A stretch of DNA of 32,000 bases, taken from positions 450,001-482,000 of the forward strand of contig NC_003272.1 of assembly GCF_000009705.1 (NCBI RefSeq), given 5' to 3'. Shown one piece after another: positions 7,996 through 16,678 of this stretch. The DNA is from Nostoc sp. PCC 7120 = FACHB-418 (GTDB lineage: Bacteria; Cyanobacteriota; Cyanobacteriia; Cyanobacteriales; Nostocaceae). The notes under the pieces are model-generated. The model did no database searches, had not been told where the DNA came from, and worked only from the letters and a program-made list of their open reading frames with translations. Each line of letters starts with the position of its first letter. Within the stretch, counting starts at the first letter, position 1. Position numbers and translations under genes: made by a program.

Positions 7996-9192
7996 TTAAA
8001 ATCCTTCTGCCGCCTGCCGCCTGCCGCCTGCCTTCGGAACATAGCGAAAGAATAGGAGGTTTAGACAGCAAATTATGGTGGCGGCGATGAATGGGGAGGC
8101 TAGGCTGTGGGTGTTGACTAGCCAGGAGGCTAAAAGGGGTGCGCCTAAGTGTCCGATGTTGGCGAAGGAGGTGGCAAGGCTGTAGTTGAAGTGGAGGTGT
8201 TTGGCTGTGCTTTTGTTGAATATTTGCAGTTCTAAGGCGGCTTGGGTGACTGCTAGGAAGAAGCCGTAAACTATCCTCGCTAGGATGAGTAAGGGTAGGT
8301 TGGATGATAATCCTTGTATGCCTAAGCTGACGATGAGTAGGCTTAAACTTCCTAAGTAGATGGTATGGAGGCGTTCGGGACGACAGGCTTGACGAATATA
8401 GGGTAAGGCAGCGATCGCCATTACACTGGGTATCAGAAATAACAAGCTACTTGTGAGCAGGTCAACTTTTAGTGGTTCGGCGGTAACATAGGCTGTGAAG
8501 TAGGGACGGACTAAGTTATTGGCTAGTTGGAAGGTGAGAATTACTACCCCGATAGCGATGATGTAACCCAGTTGGTTTGGTGCTACTGGCTGATTTTCTC
8601 CCCTGCCCCCTGCTCCCTGCCCCCCTGCGGTAGATACACCCCGCAACATATAAGCACAGATGGCAAGTTGTAAAAGATCGGCTGCGGCAATCCCGTAAAA
8701 AATAATTAAGGGTGTGTCAATATTGACCATAAATGCGCCGACGATGGTAGCGATGATAATTGCACCATGAAATACAGCTTGGTATGTGCCGGCGATCGCA
8801 GCTCGTTTTTCTTCACCTCCTAGTTGGATAATGAGGGGATACACTAGCAAATAACTGCTTTTGCACAGTAACAGCAAAATTGTGTACATCAGAAATTGCT
8901 CTACACTGCTGCTTGTACCCATCAAGGCTGTCATGAAGGCTGCACCCAATTGTCCAACAAAGAGTAGGTGTTTGACTTCAAAGCGGCGTGACAACACTCC
9001 CCACACAGGCGCACACAGCACCACGGTTAACCGACACACAAAGATGTAGTAACCGGTGTAGGCTAAATCTGTCACGCCAAAGACTTTACGGAAAAACTGG
9101 GGATAAAAGGGTGACAGTAAAACCTCGTTGAAAATACTCAAGAACACACATAAAAATAATGCACCTGAGATGAGGGGTAGCCGATGCTTCAT
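7996..9192 (-). CDS. MFS transporter embedded in the siderophore operon (probable siderophore exporter)
   Basis: About 12 TM segments. The preferred start is ATG at 9192 (MKHRLPLISGALFLCVF...), which overlaps the monooxygenase stop as ATGA. The longer track ORF (start at 9288) overlaps the upstream gene by 100 nt. Heptamer arrays at 8007-8032 and 8601-8628 encode Gly/Ala/Arg/Gln-rich segments. Confidence 0.8.
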   Translation of the reverse strand: MKHRLPLISGALFLCVFLSIFNEVLLSPFYPQFFRKVFGVTDLAYTGYYIFVCRLTVVLCAPVWGVLSRRFEVKHLLFVGQLGAAFMTALMGTSSSVEQFLMYTILLLLCKSSYLLVYPLIIQLGGEEKRAAIAGTYQAVFHGAIIIATIVGAFMVNIDTPLIIFYGIAAADLLQLAICAYMLRGVSTAGGQGAGGRGENQPVAPNQLGYIIAIGVVILTFQLANNLVRPYFTAYVTAEPLKVDLLTSSLLFLIPSVMAIAALPYIRQACRPERLHTIYLGSLSLLIVSLGIQGLSSNLPLLILARIVYGFFLAVTQAALELQIFNKSTAKHLHFNYSLATSFANIGHLGAPLLASWLVNTHSLASPFIAATIICCLNLLFFRYVPKAGGRRQAAEGF

Positions 9193-10472
9193 GGGACTAG
9201 ACCAAATTGCTGAAAGACGTTGCGCTGTTGTACTGGGTACGTATTGCGTCCCGTTAAGGAGTTGATAATGACAGAATTGCGGTAACAACCTAAACCCAAA
9301 TCTGGCGCACCAATCCCGTGGGTATGTAACTCAGCGTTTTGGACAAAAATCCGGTTGGGGATGTCTTGAGTCAGGGAGAGATGATAGTCAAAATTTACCT
9401 TGTAACGCCCTTTTTCATCCCATTGCAGCAAATCGCGGATATCTGCCATAAAATTAGGGGTGGCGTGATGATAGCCTGTAGCTAAGATAATGCGATCGCT
9501 TTCATGAATAAATGGTTGATGCTGATGAGAATGGCGATAGGTGAGACGATAACCTTCAGCAGTGGGTTCTATGTCTTTAACTTCTACTCCAGAGAGTAAT
9601 TTAACATCAGGGTAATTATCAGCAACGGAACGCTCGTAAAGCAAATCATATATTTTGGCTATGGTGTTAAAGCTAATTCCCTTATACAGCAACCCTTGTT
9701 TAGTTAATAGTTCGTCTCGCTGTTCTGGTTGCAGATGGTAGAAATAATGGATGTAATCGGGTGAAAAATGTTCTAACCCCAATTTGGAATATTCCATTGG
9801 GAAAAAGCCGGAAGAACGAGTATGCCATTCTAGGTGATAATCATAGTTTTCTTGCTCTTGCAATAGTTCATAAAAAACCTCGGCTGCACTTTGTCCAGAA
9901 CCGATAACTGTGATTGATTTCGCTTGACGACAGCTTACTTTTTGATGGAGAAATTTGGACGAGTGAAAAACATTTTCTGATACTAAATCACGGAAACAAG
10001 GCGGTATGTAGGGAACAGTCCCAACGCCTAAAACCAAATTGCGACAACGGTAGATGAAATTAGTACCAGACACTATAAATTCCTGCGCTTTTTCATCCCA
10101 ATCAATACTTTTTACCTGTTCACCAAAGTAACAATTTGGTAATTGCTTTGCTACCCATTGACAGTAATCGTTATATTCTCGCCTGGGAATATGAAACTCT
10201 TCCCAGAAGTAAAAATTATAGAGACGAGACTTAGCTTTCAGGTAACTAAGAAAGCTGAATTTACTACTAGGTTCAGCCATTGTCACCAAGTCTGCCAAAA
10301 ATGGTACTTGAATTGTCGTCCCCTCAAGTAACAACCCTGGATGCCATTGAAATTGAGGCTTTTGTTCGAGGAATAAAGACTTAATCTCTGTTATTGGTTC
10401 TAACAGCGCCGCTAAACCTAAATTAAAAGGCCCAAGACCAATACCAATCAAGTCATAAACACAATTTACCAT
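9189..10472 (-). CDS. Flavin-dependent diamine N-hydroxylase (IucD/RhbE/SidA family)
   Basis: N-terminal FAD motif DLIGIGLGPFNLGLAALL and a second dinucleotide motif VIGSGQSAAE. The preferred ATG at 10472 (MVNCVYD...) overlaps the acetyltransferase stop (ATGGTAA). Confidence 0.9.
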   Translation of the reverse strand: MVNCVYDLIGIGLGPFNLGLAALLEPITEIKSLFLEQKPQFQWHPGLLLEGTTIQVPFLADLVTMAEPSSKFSFLSYLKAKSRLYNFYFWEEFHIPRREYNDYCQWVAKQLPNCYFGEQVKSIDWDEKAQEFIVSGTNFIYRCRNLVLGVGTVPYIPPCFRDLVSENVFHSSKFLHQKVSCRQAKSITVIGSGQSAAEVFYELLQEQENYDYHLEWHTRSSGFFPMEYSKLGLEHFSPDYIHYFYHLQPEQRDELLTKQGLLYKGISFNTIAKIYDLLYERSVADNYPDVKLLSGVEVKDIEPTAEGYRLTYRHSHQHQPFIHESDRIILATGYHHATPNFMADIRDLLQWDEKGRYKVNFDYHLSLTQDIPNRIFVQNAELHTHGIGAPDLGLGCYRNSVIINSLTGRNTYPVQQRNVFQQFGLVP

Positions 10473-11047
10473 GCTTTCCACCTCTGAAAAAATAGCTGGC
10501 GATCGCAAAACATCAACGCCCCAAATTTATCCGGTAATTCAATCTCTTTCTGAAACTCAAAACCACACTTTTCAAAAACATGAATCATCTTTTGATTGCG
10601 AATATCTGGTTCAGCAATAATCTTTTGAGTTGCTGTATTTTCAAATTGAAAAAATACCATTGCCCGTAACAGTGGCAAAGCATAACCTTTACCTAAAAAT
10701 TTGGTTTCCCCAATTAACAAATGAATACCTTGATCTGTCGCTTCTGCTGAATAATGTCGAGCCACAATATCATCAATTGTCCAGTATGACTCCCAATAAC
10801 TCATCGGTTCATCATCTAAACAACCAATATAAAGAGTTTGATGTTTATCTGCTAAAGTCCTTTGTAAATGCTCCCGCATCCGTTCCAAATCAAAGGCTAA
10901 ATTCCAAAAAGGAATTACATGAGGTTGATTCATCCAGTTATGAATCAGGTTTAAATCCTCCTCCAAAACCACCGGACGAAAAGCAATAGTTTTATTGATT
11001 GCAGCATCAAACCTTGCGTAACTGTAATTAATCATACTAACCGACAT
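10466..11047 (-). CDS. Siderophore N-acetyltransferase (IucB/RhbD-type GNAT)
   Basis: NWMNQPHVIPFWN.. is characteristic of the IucB/Acetyltransf_8 family. ATG at 11047 (MSVSMINY...) has GAGG upstream. The track ORF begins at an upstream TTG (11062). Confidence 0.85.
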   Translation of the reverse strand: MSVSMINYSYARFDAAINKTIAFRPVVLEEDLNLIHNWMNQPHVIPFWNLAFDLERMREHLQRTLADKHQTLYIGCLDDEPMSYWESYWTIDDIVARHYSAEATDQGIHLLIGETKFLGKGYALPLLRAMVFFQFENTATQKIIAEPDIRNQKMIHVFEKCGFEFQKEIELPDKFGALMFCDRQLFFQRWKAW

Positions 11048-11118
11048 AAACTTCAGCCTCAAATTCCTCTCATAAACTCTCTGCGTTACTTTGCGTAAAC
11101 CCCTGCGTCCCTCTGCGT

Positions 11119-12939
11119 TTACATCAAAGGATTATCAACAGCAACATAGACAGACTGTGTAGAAACTGGCCCCACCAGTTCATCCAGATTATGAAACCGG
11201 GTGAGAAGATTAGCCTTACAAAGTAACTGTGATTGAAAAAGTAAATTATTCACTAAAGAATGTTCAGAATATTTGCCTAAGATGTTTCGCAACTCCCCTA
11301 AGAGTAATTCCTCATCTACAAGTCCAGCTACACCAAAAGCATTAATTAACCCGAACAAATTATTAAAAAACAAGTAGTAAGTCAATCGTTCATCAATAAC
11401 CTCATCATCACATATTGTCTCACTCTTTTGACTAATCCCCGGCAAAATATTATCTAACAATTGATGACAAGAACGACGGTAATAATAACCTTGGTTGTCA
11501 CGATAAAAGAACTTCTCAGGATAGCCATTTTTTAACTGTACAACACTATTTTGCTGATGGGCTTCTAGTCCTATCCCGTAAGTGAAATATAACCAGAGAA
11601 TTGGCTCTAAGTAAATCTGTAAATAACGGTTGAACCAATCCAAACTCACCGCCTCAGTCGAACGGTTTTCTTGTTGTGCTAGTTCTTCAATAATCCGTGC
11701 TAATCGTGAACCGTTACCCAAAATAGAGTCTTGACATAAAGCTACTACACAAGTTGCATCCGTCTGGGGATTATTTAAAAACGGATTTTCTCGCAGAATT
11801 GTTGAGAAACCATCAACAGCAACACCATCAATTTTTAAGGTGATATAAGCAGGATCAGTGATGATTTGGAACTCAGGAAAACGCTGATAAAGTTGTTGCC
11901 CAATTTCACTTGTTAAAATTTGATGAACTTCTAAACTCCGTTCTAATTCTTTATATAAATTAGTGCGGACAGAGTTGGTAATTTTGATATTCAGCGACAA
12001 TTTTAACATAAATGCCGCATCTGGATGATAGACAGTGCGAATTGAAGATGTAGGTTGATATGCTCGACCGACTAAACCTAAATCTTGCAATATTTCTTGC
12101 TTAATTAATTGTTGAATTTGTGGCTGTTGCAGTAAATAATTAGCTTGCCAAGGGTGTATCGGTAATAAAGCATATTCATCTTCATTACAGTAAGTATTTT
12201 TGAATTGATTATCAACCTTTGGATCAGCCAATAATTCTGATTTAATCAGCGTTGTTGCTGTCTGTGATAGCTGCGAACCTTCCAGTACCATTGACTGATG
12301 AATGCGGAAGTAATGCAGAGGAAAACTACCTTTTAATTCTGGCGAATAAATTGACAATTCATGGTCAGCAAAACCTTGCCGACTTTTTGGGGTGGGGTGT
12401 AAATGGTGTCCAAAAACTAAAGCTTGTTCAGATGCGATGAAATTACTGTTAAAAGTATAGAGCTTTTCTATATCTTGTCGCCGTTTCTGAACGAAATATT
12501 CAATGTGATTGCAGCTTTGAATCACTCGCAAAATCAGTTCATCTTGATGGCTATTGCTACCACCAGCTAAGGATAATTCTTTAGTAATGAGCGTTGCTAA
12601 GGTGAGATAATCCAGTTCAAGTAAATTACCTTTATCTACTTGATAATAAAGGGGAAAAGCAAATAAATGTCTACCTGTGGGTGAGTAATATCTTAAACCG
12701 ATTAATAATCTCAGATTTTGTTGCTTTAACTCACAGCAGATGAGCGATTTTGTATTTGTGTTTTGGAAAACTTCTAAAATATCAGCGTCTTTTGTCGCGG
12801 TGGTGATGAGTTTACCCGTGTTGGTTTCGCGCAGATAGCAATTCAAAAAGCTGTGAATAGTTGCTTGTTCTGCAATTTGTTTATCAGTGCGATATTCCAC
12901 CAGCACCGAGGTTGGTTTGGCAATTGTGTATGGTGTCAT
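11119..12939 (-). CDS. IucA/IucC-family NRPS-independent siderophore synthetase (RhbC/IucA-like)
   Basis: 606 aa with HPTPKSR, IHPWQ, SSIRTV and LEAHQQNSVV motifs typical of NIS synthetases. Confidence 0.9.
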   Translation of the reverse strand: MTPYTIAKPTSVLVEYRTDKQIAEQATIHSFLNCYLRETNTGKLITTATKDADILEVFQNTNTKSLICCELKQQNLRLLIGLRYYSPTGRHLFAFPLYYQVDKGNLLELDYLTLATLITKELSLAGGSNSHQDELILRVIQSCNHIEYFVQKRRQDIEKLYTFNSNFIASEQALVFGHHLHPTPKSRQGFADHELSIYSPELKGSFPLHYFRIHQSMVLEGSQLSQTATTLIKSELLADPKVDNQFKNTYCNEDEYALLPIHPWQANYLLQQPQIQQLIKQEILQDLGLVGRAYQPTSSIRTVYHPDAAFMLKLSLNIKITNSVRTNLYKELERSLEVHQILTSEIGQQLYQRFPEFQIITDPAYITLKIDGVAVDGFSTILRENPFLNNPQTDATCVVALCQDSILGNGSRLARIIEELAQQENRSTEAVSLDWFNRYLQIYLEPILWLYFTYGIGLEAHQQNSVVQLKNGYPEKFFYRDNQGYYYRRSCHQLLDNILPGISQKSETICDDEVIDERLTYYLFFNNLFGLINAFGVAGLVDEELLLGELRNILGKYSEHSLVNNLLFQSQLLCKANLLTRFHNLDELVGPVSTQSVYVAVDNPLM

Positions 12940-13057
12940 GTCTAGTGTATTGTTTGGGTGAAAGTTATTTAATGTTGGGAGTGAGGAGAGTTGTTCGCTC
13001 TCCCTCTCTCCTATTTTTTGCTCACGCAGAGACGCGGAGAGAATGAGAGTGTCGAGC

Positions 13058-14674
13058 TTAGAGGCTTAACCCTTCTTTACTCTCTTGTGCGTGAAATAAA
13101 TACTTCTCACCTATCGTTGTGATAGAGTTGAGAACCTCTTGAATATCAGCGATCGCCGTCTGAGGATTCAGCAAGGTAAACTTTAGATAGGTAAGTTGAC
13201 CAATTTTGGTCTGTGCGATGACTGCGATACCTTGTTGCAGTAAACTCATGCGAATATGGCTATTGATTTGATTTGCCCAAGTTGTACTATCTATGTGTGC
13301 TGGTGTTTCACTAGGAAGATAGCGAAAAACAACAGCGTTAATGGTAGGATTGTTTGCCAACTCCAATGCAGGTTCAGCGTCAATTAAACTAGCGGTTTCC
13401 TTGGCTAGTTCAATTGTTGTATCAATCATCTGTGCAAATTGTTTCCTCCCCAGAGTGCGGAGAGAAACAAACAATTTGAGCGCGTCGAATCGCTTGGTGG
13501 TTTGTATGGACTTAGTTACTAAGTCGGGAATGCTGGCTACTTCGTTGGTTTCAGGGTTGAGATAATCAGCGTGTAGCTTTATTAAATCAAAGTTTTGACG
13601 CTGTTTAACTAAAAAAGCACCACAGCTAATTGGCTGGTAAAACAGTTTATGGAAATCGACTGTAATCGAGTCAGCCAAAGCAATACCATCTAGTTTATCT
13701 CGATGGCGATCGCTCATCACCAATGCACCACCAAAAGCCGCATCCACATGAAACCACAGGCCATATTTCTCAGCACAGGCGGCTAATTCTGGTAATTTGT
13801 CAATACTAGCAAAATCCGTAGTTCCCGCAGTTGCAACTAAAGCAATGGGTAATAAATTCTGTTGCTGCAATTCTTCTAACTTCTGTTCTACCGCCGCCGC
13901 ACAAAGCTGATAATCACTATCAGTCTCCACCGTTACCACAGCTTGCTGTCCCAAACCGAGTAAAGAAGCAGCTTGACTAATGGTGAAATGAGCAGCTTGA
14001 GAACAGAGAATCCGAAAACGTTGAGCTTCTGGTGGTAATCCTTGCTGCTGCACAGACCAGTTTAACTGATGACGTGCGTAAGCATCACGCGCTAGGAGCA
14101 ACCCCATAAAATTCGATTGCGTACCGCCACTGGTAAATATACCATCAGCATCAGCATCATAACCAAAACTTGCACACAGCCAATTTACCACCTGCTGTTC
14201 CAAAACAGTAGCAGCCGGACTTTGATCCCAAGAATCCAGAGATTGATTAGTCCCACTAATCAACACCTCAGCCGCCACAGCAGGTAATAACGGTGGACAA
14301 TGCAAATGAGCCATACAAGTAGGATGAGTTACCACCACCGAATGCTTGATGATATTCTCCCCCACCTCAGCCAAAACCTGACTCAAAGCCACCCCCTCAT
14401 CAGGACACACAGCGATATCTGCAATAGTCCTAGTTAAATCCTGGGGACTCCTACCACTATAGGGTTTTTCTTGAGTAGCAAAATAATCAATCAACACCTC
14501 TCCAGCAGCAGCGATCGCCTCCCGCAAACCCTCTCCTGCAACAAAAAACTCATCAAACTTCTTTCTTTGCGTGACGGACACTTTGCTCAAGTCGGGAGAC
14601 CCGCCCACGCAAGTGTCCTCCTTTGCGCCACCCTGCGGGAACGGCAAAGCCGAACTGCGCGAAATAATCACCAT
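13058..14674 (-). CDS. PLP-dependent group II decarboxylase (L-2,4-diaminobutyrate decarboxylase, RhbB-like)
   Basis: PLP-lysine motif SITVDFHKLFYQP and the group II decarboxylase fold. ATG at 14674 overlaps the aminotransferase stop (TGATG). The first ~35 codons are made of repeat DNA, so a GTG at 14581 is an alternative start. Confidence 0.85.
   Translation of the reverse strand: MVIISRSSALPFPQGGAKEDTCVGGSPDLSKVSVTQRKKFDEFFVAGEGLREAIAAAGEVLIDYFATQEKPYSGRSPQDLTRTIADIAVCPDEGVALSQVLAEVGENIIKHSVVVTHPTCMAHLHCPPLLPAVAAEVLISGTNQSLDSWDQSPAATVLEQQVVNWLCASFGYDADADGIFTSGGTQSNFMGLLLARDAYARHQLNWSVQQQGLPPEAQRFRILCSQAAHFTISQAASLLGLGQQAVVTVETDSDYQLCAAAVEQKLEELQQQNLLPIALVATAGTTDFASIDKLPELAACAEKYGLWFHVDAAFGGALVMSDRHRDKLDGIALADSITVDFHKLFYQPISCGAFLVKQRQNFDLIKLHADYLNPETNEVASIPDLVTKSIQTTKRFDALKLFVSLRTLGRKQFAQMIDTTIELAKETASLIDAEPALELANNPTINAVVFRYLPSETPAHIDSTTWANQINSHIRMSLLQQGIAVIAQTKIGQLTYLKFTLLNPQTAIADIQEVLNSITTIGEKYLFHAQESKEGLSL
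14576..14618 (-). repeat. Small dispersed hairpin repeat (8-bp stem GGACACTT/AAGTGTCC, 27-nt conserved loop) inside the 5' end of the decarboxylase ORF
   Basis: The loop reverse complement GCGTGGGCGGGTCTCCCGACTTGAGCA matches the loops at 23102-23130 and 25521-25549. A second repeat type (TTCCCGCAGGGT, also at 2118-2129) adjoins it at about 14622-14660. Confidence 0.75.
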
Positions 14675-16155
14675 CAAGAAACCTGCGAAAGAACCGATAA
14701 AACCTGCTTCTCCGCCGCCTGTACCGCCGACGAAAAAATCTCACTAATACTATCAATCTGCGCTGGAGTCACAATCAAAGGCGGCAAAAAGCGCACCACG
14801 CTACCAAATCTACCCCCTAATTCCACAATCAAACCCCGACGCAAACACTCAGCCTGAATACAACTAGCCAACTGCGGATGTACAGGATACTTCCCACGCC
14901 GATCAGCCGATGCTTGGGGATTAATAATCTCCACACCAACCATCAAACCGCGTCCCCGCACTTCTCCAATACAGTAAGTTTCCCCTTGAATTTGGTGCAG
15001 ATGTTTCAACAAGCGATCGCCCATCGCTGCCGCGTGTTCAGTCAAGGAATTTTCTAAAATATACTGTAGTGTCGCTGTTCCGGCTGCCATTGCCATTTGA
15101 TTACCCCGGAATGTCCCTGCGTGTGCGCCTGGACTCCATTTATCTAGTGCCTTGTTGTACAAAACCACCGATAAAGGTAAACTCCCACCAATAGCTTTGG
15201 AGAGTAACAACACATCTGGCACAATCCCTGAATGCTCAAAAGCGTAGAGTTTACCAGTCCGTCCTAAGCCTGTTTGAATCTCATCAACAATGAGGGGAAT
15301 ATGGCGATCGCGGGTAATCCGGCGCATCTCTCGCAACCAATCATCAGGTGCAGGAATCACCCCACCTTCCCCTTGCACAACTTCCAAAATCATCGCCGCC
15401 GGTGTGACAATCCCACTTTCAGGATCATCCAAAATCGATTCTATATAACGGCTGCTGGTAATTTGTCCAGCTTCTCCACCCAAACCAAAGGGACAACGAT
15501 AATGATAGGGATAAGGCAAAAAGTGGACATCTGGCATTAACCCTGTCACCGCTTGTTTAGGATTGAGATTGCCTGTTAAACTCAATGCTCCATGAGTCAT
15601 CCCATGATAACCACCATGAAATGACAACACACTGCGGTGGCCAGTAGCAGTTTTCACCAGTTTAATCGCCGCCTCTACAGCATCTGCTCCCGAAGGCCCA
15701 CAAAACTGAATCTTGGCATTCTGAGCAAATTCCGCAGGTAAACTAGCAAAAATTTCTTCGACAAACTGATCTTTAACTGGTGTAGTCAAATCTAGAGTAT
15801 GCAAAGGTAAACCCGTATCTAGCACCCGGCGCATCGCTTCTATTGCTACTGGGTGATTGTGTCCTAATGCTAAAGTACCTGCACCAGCCAAACAATCAAT
15901 ATATACATTGCCATCAGCATCTTTGAGATAAATACCCTGAGCCTCACTAATGGCAATCCGAATCCGCCGGGGATAGCTTCTAGCGTTGGACTCTCGTGCT
16001 TGCTGACGCTCTAAATAGTGGCTTGATGCCGCACCAGGTACAGAACGCACGCGATTACTGGGAAAATCAGACTCTACACTACTCTGCGATGGACATATCT
16101 GCGGCAGCACGAAAGAGTGGCCTTCAGAGTGTACGCCATTGTGATTGAGTTGCAT
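14674..16155 (-). CDS. Class III aminotransferase (diaminobutyrate--2-oxoglutarate transaminase, RhbA/EctB-like); first gene of the biosynthesis operon
   Basis: 493 aa with DEIQTGLGRTGKLYAFEH and the PLP-Lys region LLLSKAIGG. The ~60-aa N-terminal extension is typical of DABA transaminases in siderophore clusters. Confidence 0.9.
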   Translation of the reverse strand: MQLNHNGVHSEGHSFVLPQICPSQSSVESDFPSNRVRSVPGAASSHYLERQQARESNARSYPRRIRIAISEAQGIYLKDADGNVYIDCLAGAGTLALGHNHPVAIEAMRRVLDTGLPLHTLDLTTPVKDQFVEEIFASLPAEFAQNAKIQFCGPSGADAVEAAIKLVKTATGHRSVLSFHGGYHGMTHGALSLTGNLNPKQAVTGLMPDVHFLPYPYHYRCPFGLGGEAGQITSSRYIESILDDPESGIVTPAAMILEVVQGEGGVIPAPDDWLREMRRITRDRHIPLIVDEIQTGLGRTGKLYAFEHSGIVPDVLLLSKAIGGSLPLSVVLYNKALDKWSPGAHAGTFRGNQMAMAAGTATLQYILENSLTEHAAAMGDRLLKHLHQIQGETYCIGEVRGRGLMVGVEIINPQASADRRGKYPVHPQLASCIQAECLRRGLIVELGGRFGSVVRFLPPLIVTPAQIDSISEIFSSAVQAAEKQVLSVLSQVS

Positions 16156-16201
16156 TGTGAAAATCCTCTAGGCGTTGAGCCTTAATGGTAAGTGGGAACA
16201 G

Positions 16202-16216
16202 AATATTTGAGAATTA
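16202..16216. promoter_or_regulatory. AATATTTGAGAATTA motif ~50-60 nt upstream of the biosynthesis operon start; candidate FurA/iron box
   Basis: Near-identical to 6000-6013 and in the same orientation relative to minus-strand genes. It aligns 11/19 to the classical Fur box GATAATGATAATCATTATC. Confidence 0.35.
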
Positions 16217-16392
16217 CTTGCATTAATTTCCTACCTGCTAAACATCCTACATGAAGATTAATGAAAAAGTCTACTAATAACTTGACAAAAAGATAAGAAA
16301 TTTTTGATTCATTAATTCTTCTTATCTAAAGCTAGTTGCATCATCATACTAATGAAACTGATACCGAAAACACGCTTATAAAGGTATGTGTG

Positions 16393-16425
16393 CGTTATTA
16401 ATGATAATGTCAGCAAGAATAATTC
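16393..16425. promoter_or_regulatory. Fur-box-like AT-rich segment (TTATTAATGATAATGTCAGCAAGAATAATT) in the 469-bp divergent promoter region
   Basis: It contains TAATGATAAT, identical to the core of the classical Fur box. It lies between the divergent siderophore biosynthesis and receptor genes. No binding data are available here. Confidence 0.35.
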
Positions 16426-16678
16426 CTAACAGTAAATAGACAAAAAGCAAAATATCTAGAGACTATGTAGGAAGAGCTTTATCGGCTTTTATCATTGGTT
16501 TTTTCGTAGTTAATTCATACCTTTTTGAGATACTTCTTCAAGAAAATACTTGTATAAGTACTGAAATAGATATATTTTAATAAAATCAAAAACTATTGCT
16601 AATGCAAGTCAATAATAATAGGCGATGGATTGTGTCACTAGCCATAATCCAGTCGCAACTTTTAGGTGCGAAGTGAAA

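Noticed and set aside
14471-14857. 128-aa (+) and 67-aa (-) ORFs spanning the transaminase/decarboxylase junction
   Set aside because: They overlap two strongly supported enzyme genes. Their products are Arg/Ser-rich translations of off-frame and repeat DNA.
16296-16326. A further Fur-box-like string (TTGATTCATTAATTCTTCTTATC) in the divergent promoter
   Set aside because: It matches the Fur consensus poorly, and the surrounding region is about 70% AT, so such strings are expected by chance. I kept only the two better candidates.
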